Below are positions 60,405 to 64,000 of a stretch of DNA of 64,000 bases, piece after piece. The notes below the pieces were generated by a model that saw only the letters and a list, made by a program, of their open reading frames with translations, had not been told where the DNA came from and ran no database searches. The position numbers were made by a program, and so were the translations under genes. The DNA is from an uncultured Gemmatimonadales bacterium (lineage in GTDB: Bacteria; Gemmatimonadota; Gemmatimonadetes; Gemmatimonadales; Gemmatimonadaceae), in the NCBI GenBank assembly GCA_963793305.1, contig CAWBZV010000002.1, positions 576,001 through 640,000 on the forward strand, read 5' to 3'. Positions within the stretch are counted from its first letter, which is position 1, and each line of letters begins with the position of its first letter.

Positions 60405-60669
60405 CGCCGCGCAGGATTCGGCCGAGGATCAACACGAGCGCGGCACCGAGCGTGGCCAGTGCGAGCGATCGCGGATCGAAATGGTCGGCCGTGACGGTGC
60501 CCCAGCCGAGTCTCGTTCCGATGTAGCCGCCAAGAAATGCCCCGATAATCCCGAGGCCGGTGGTGACGAGGCACCCGGCGGGGTCGCGGCCGGGCAAGAG
60601 AAACTTGGCCAATGCACCGGCCACGAATCCGAGGATGACCCAATGGAGCCAGAGCGGCACGTGTGCCAA
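60385..60669 (-). CDS. GlsB/YeaQ/YmgE family membrane protein
   Basis: WVILGFVAGALAKFLLPGRDP.GC..T..LGIIGAFLGG. Confidence 0.9.
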   Translation of the reverse strand: MAHVPLWLHWVILGFVAGALAKFLLPGRDPAGCLVTTGLGIIGAFLGGYIGTRLGWGTVTADHFDPRSLALATLGAALVLILGRILRGGRSAAR

Positions 60670-60686
60670 AATACTAGCTTTTAGCG

Positions 60687-62517
60687 ATGGCAGGGGAGGC
60701 AGGAACAGGCATTCACGAGGAGGATGCGCTCGGCAAGGCCTACGATGGGCGGCTGATGCGGCGCTTGCTGGCGTACGCCAAGCCGTATTGGTACCTGATC
60801 GTCCCAGCTATCGTCTTCCTGTGCGGCGAAGGCGCGCTCCAACTGGTCGGCCCCGTGCTGACCAAGCGCGTCATAGACGTTGGAGTGCCGCACCATGATG
60901 GGCATCTGATCCGCATCTCCGTCGGGCTGTATGTCCTGTCGCTCGTCTTGCAGTTCGGCTGCTCGTACGGCGAGACCCTCCTCACGAGCCTTCTGGGCCA
61001 GCGCGTCATGCGGGACCTCCGGATGCGCATGTTCGCCCATGTGGAGAACTTGCCGGTCGCATTTTTTGACCGAAACCCCGTCGGCCGTCTCGTCACCCGG
61101 GTGACATTGGACGTTCGAGTCGCTGAACGACCTGTTCACCGCCGGCGTCGTGTCCGGACTCGGCGACCTGTTCACGCTCGTGTTCATCGCGATCTTCATG
61201 GTCCGCGACGACTGGCGGCTGGCGCTCGCCGCCTTCGGGGTCATCCCGCTGGTGTGGCTGACGTCCGAGATCTTCCGGGTCAAGGTCCGAGCGTCCTATC
61301 GCGACATCCGGACGCGAATCGCGCGCATCAACGCGTTTCTCAACGAACGCCTGACCGGCATGCGCATCGTACAGCTGTTCGGTCGCGAGAAATGGGAAGC
61401 CGATCGCTTCGACGACCTGAATCGCGGGTACCTCGCCTCGAACTTGAGGTCGATCACGATCTACGCGTTGTATTTCCCCGCGATTGAAATTCTGACATCG
61501 GTCGCCCTCGCCAGCTTGATCGTTGCCGGCGCCGGCCGAATCCATGCGTCCACGTTGACCGTAGGGACTCTCGCGGCGTTTCTGCAGCTCGTGCGGCGAT
61601 TCTTCCAGCCGCTGCAGGATCTATCGGACAAATACAATACGCTGCAACAAGCCATGGCCTCATCGGAGCGCATCTTCAAACTGCTCGACGAGCCCGAAGG
61701 CCCCGCTCAGGGCGTTGTGACCGGTATACCACGTGGAGGCGTGACGGTTGAGTTCGAGGACGTATGGTTCGCCTACGGAAACGCCGAACCGCCACAATGG
61801 GTGTTGCGGGGCGTAAGCTTCCGCGCGGAGCCAGGACAAACGATTGCGCTCGTCGGACACACAGGGGCGGGGAAGACCACGGTGGTGAGTCTCCTGATGC
61901 GATTCTATGATCCGCAACGAGGCCGGATTCTGGTCGACGGCGTTGACATCCGCGAGATGTCGCTCGCCGACCTCCGCGTCCGTATCGGGTACGTCCAGCA
62001 GGACATCTTTCTGTTTGCCGGCGACGTCATGACGAACGTGCGGCTCTCGAGCGCGTTGTCCGACGCGGACGTCCAGCGCGCCGCGGCGCGGGTCGGCGCC
62101 GACCGTGTCGTCGCCCGGCTCCCCGGTGGATGGTCACAGGAGCTCGGCGAGCGCGGCGCGTCGATCAGTGTCGGCGAGCGACAACTCCTGTCGTTCGCCC
62201 GGGCGATAGCGGCCGACCCCGCGCTCCTGCTGCTCGATGAGGCGACGAGCGCGGTCGACAGCGAGATAGAAGCGGAGATTCAGCAAGCGCTGGCAGTCCT
62301 CATGCAAGGAAGGACGACGATTGCGGTCGCCCACCGGTTGAGCACGATCATCGGCGCGGACGAGATTCTGGTGATGCACCACGGGGAGATTCGGGAGCGC
62401 GGGACCCACCGCGAGTTGCTGGAGCAGGGTGGATTGTATGAGCGTCTGTATCGACTCCAGGTCGGCGACGACGGACGGGGAAGTGTTGCGCGCGACGCCC
62501 TTGCCGCATCTAACTGA
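60687..62517 (+). CDS. ABC exporter, fused permease/ATPase; apparent +1 frameshift near 61115
   Basis: FFDRNPVGRLVTR; GHTGAGKT; ISVGERQ; LLDEATS; AHRLST. Confidence 0.93.
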
Positions 62518-62573
62518 TGCTACCATCGGCGCTTGCCAGCCTCGGCGGGCACCCCTAGCTTGTCCAACTGGTC

Positions 62574-63857
62574 ATGCCCTACCTTCAACTCAATGAACGG
62601 CAGTTCGCCCTCCGCGTTGGTGAGACGCGGGTTGGCGGGGGCGCGGAAGCGGACGTACTCGTCCCTGGGGGCGACGCATCCGTACAAGCCGTCGTTGATC
62701 TGTCCCGCGAGAGTGCCGTTTCTATCCGCCGTGCGTTCTCCTCGGCGGCCGTTCGGGTCAACGGAGTGCAGCTGGGTGCGGAGCCCACACCGCTCATTCA
62801 TGGCGACAAGATCGAGATTGGTGGGGCTGAGCTCTTCTTTGGAGATGACCGCAAAGGGGGCAGTACCCAGTTCATTTCCGCTGTCAGCCTCCCCGATTTC
62901 AAGAATCTCAAGCCGCCCGCGCCTGGCAAAGCGACCCTGGCGACCGGCGGGCGCGTGATCTCGCTCGTCGATGGACGCGAATATCAGATTCCCGCGGCCG
63001 GCATCTCGTTCGGCCGCGACGCGGGTTGTGACGTCGTGATCCCCTCCTCGGAGGTCTCCCGTCGCCACGCCGAGATTGCGCCTGGCGATGTCGGTTATGT
63101 CCTGAGCGACACCAGCACGAACGGGATTTTTGTCAACGGCCAACGCGTTGACGCGATGCAAGTCCTCGGTCGAGGTGACGTAGTTCGGATCGGCACGGAA
63201 GAGTTTCGGTTCTACGCCGACCAAGCGAGCGCGTCTCCAAAGGTGGAAGCGGCGGCGGACCCTGCGGCGGCAAGTGCGCCAACTCCGGCCGTGGCGGCGC
63301 CATTTCCACGTCAAGCATTGGCCACGCTCGAAGTGGTCGGTACGAGTCCCATGAAGGGCCAGACGTTCTCGATCGTATCGGTCCTGGCGCACGTGGGGCG
63401 CGGGCCGCACAACGATATCGTGATCGTCGAGGAGAGCGTGTCCGATTCCCACGCCAAGCTCCAACGGCGCGAGGGCGTGTGGTATGTCACAGACCTCGGC
63501 TCGACGAACGGGACATATATTGGCGGCCGCCGGATAGCGGCTGAGGAGAAGCTCGCGACCGATGCCGATATTCGCTTCGGTGGCGTGCCGTTGGTCTTCC
63601 GCGCGCTGGTCACGGAACACGTCACCGAGCCCAAGGGCGGCACCCGCCAATTGAACGTCGACGCCATCAAGCGAGCTGCTGCGCCTCCAGCGCCGGTCGC
63701 TGCTCCCGTGAGTGGACCGAGCGCTGCGCCCGCTCCGCGCCCCCGCCCCGTCGCAGCGCCGCCAGCGCCCAAGCGCGCTGGCGTGCCGTGGTGGGCCTGG
63801 TTGGTGGTGATCATCGTCGTCGGCGGCGCCGCGTTCTTTGCCATGCGGATGCGCTAA
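62574..63857 (+). CDS. Triple FHA-domain protein with Pro/Ala linker and C-terminal TM
   Basis: GR...VSRRHA...STNG; GR...VSDSHA...STNGT; degenerate N-terminal FHA. Confidence 0.88.
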   Translation: MPYLQLNERQFALRVGETRVGGGAEADVLVPGGDASVQAVVDLSRESAVSIRRAFSSAAVRVNGVQLGAEPTPLIHGDKIEIGGAELFFGDDRKGGSTQFISAVSLPDFKNLKPPAPGKATLATGGRVISLVDGREYQIPAAGISFGRDAGCDVVIPSSEVSRRHAEIAPGDVGYVLSDTSTNGIFVNGQRVDAMQVLGRGDVVRIGTEEFRFYADQASASPKVEAAADPAAASAPTPAVAAPFPRQALATLEVVGTSPMKGQTFSIVSVLAHVGRGPHNDIVIVEESVSDSHAKLQRREGVWYVTDLGSTNGTYIGGRRIAAEEKLATDADIRFGGVPLVFRALVTEHVTEPKGGTRQLNVDAIKRAAAPPAPVAAPVSGPSAAPAPRPRPVAAPPAPKRAGVPWWAWLVVIIVVGGAAFFAMRMR

Positions 63858-64000
63858 TGCAGCTGACCTACGCCTGCCGAACAGACGTGGGGATGGTCCG
63901 CGTCGGGAATGAGGACAGCATGTATGCGGAGGCCAATCCGTACCGTGGTGTCTTTATGGTCGCCGACGGCATGGGTGGGCACGCGGCCGGCGAGGTCGCC
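63857..64000 (+). CDS. PP2C-type Ser/Thr phosphatase, partial
   Basis: [13 protein letters not shown]...[19 protein letters not shown] overlap. Confidence 0.92.
   Translation, partial: MQLTYACRTDVGMVRVGNEDSMYAEANPYRGVFMVADGMGGHAAGEVA

Noticed and set aside
6560..61120. Frameshifts near 6573, 11314, 25216, 50913, 59709 and 61115 as programmed frameshifting or pseudogenes
   Set aside because: Each is a single extra base, mostly in short runs, in an otherwise intact gene, with no shared slippery motif. Long-read error is the simplest explanation; read data would settle it.
1..64000. Many long antisense or alternate-frame ORFs, e.g. 1-534 (+), 43650-45290 (+), 9646-10989 (-), 62520-63650 (-)
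   Set aside because: They are Arg/Ala/Pro-rich shadows of real genes, expected at high GC, with no recognisable motifs.

Overview
High-GC bacterial chromosomal window. Gene content and style suggest Gemmatimonadota (inference only). The backbone is housekeeping and envelope genes: CDF transporter (partial), deoxyhypusine synthase-like protein, Wzi-like and Omp85 outer-membrane proteins, pepP, two lytic transglycosylases, moaC, holB-like, uppS, an ECF sigma module, purEK, an extra sigma70, uvrA, an ABC exporter, a triple-FHA protein and a PP2C phosphatase (partial). A tRNA-Asn(GTT) at 37.9 kb sits in an accessory or decayed zone (about 30.3-48.6 kb) with a broken LytS/LytTR pair, several gene fragments, lipoproteins and a CarH-like regulator. 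There is also a hydroxyproline-catabolism cluster and a D-amino-acid operon (serine hydrolase-VanX fusion, GNAT, NSAR/OSBS). Two features stand out. (1) A tandem, mostly translationally coupled array of six ~85-aa paralogs, each with a variable TM helix and a conserved coiled coil, lies between uvrA and a SAM methyltransferase. (2) A ~51-bp GNA-triloop hairpin repeat shows a compensatory base-pair change; one copy lies in frame inside a protein-coding gene. Six single-base insertions in otherwise intact genes look like long-read errors.
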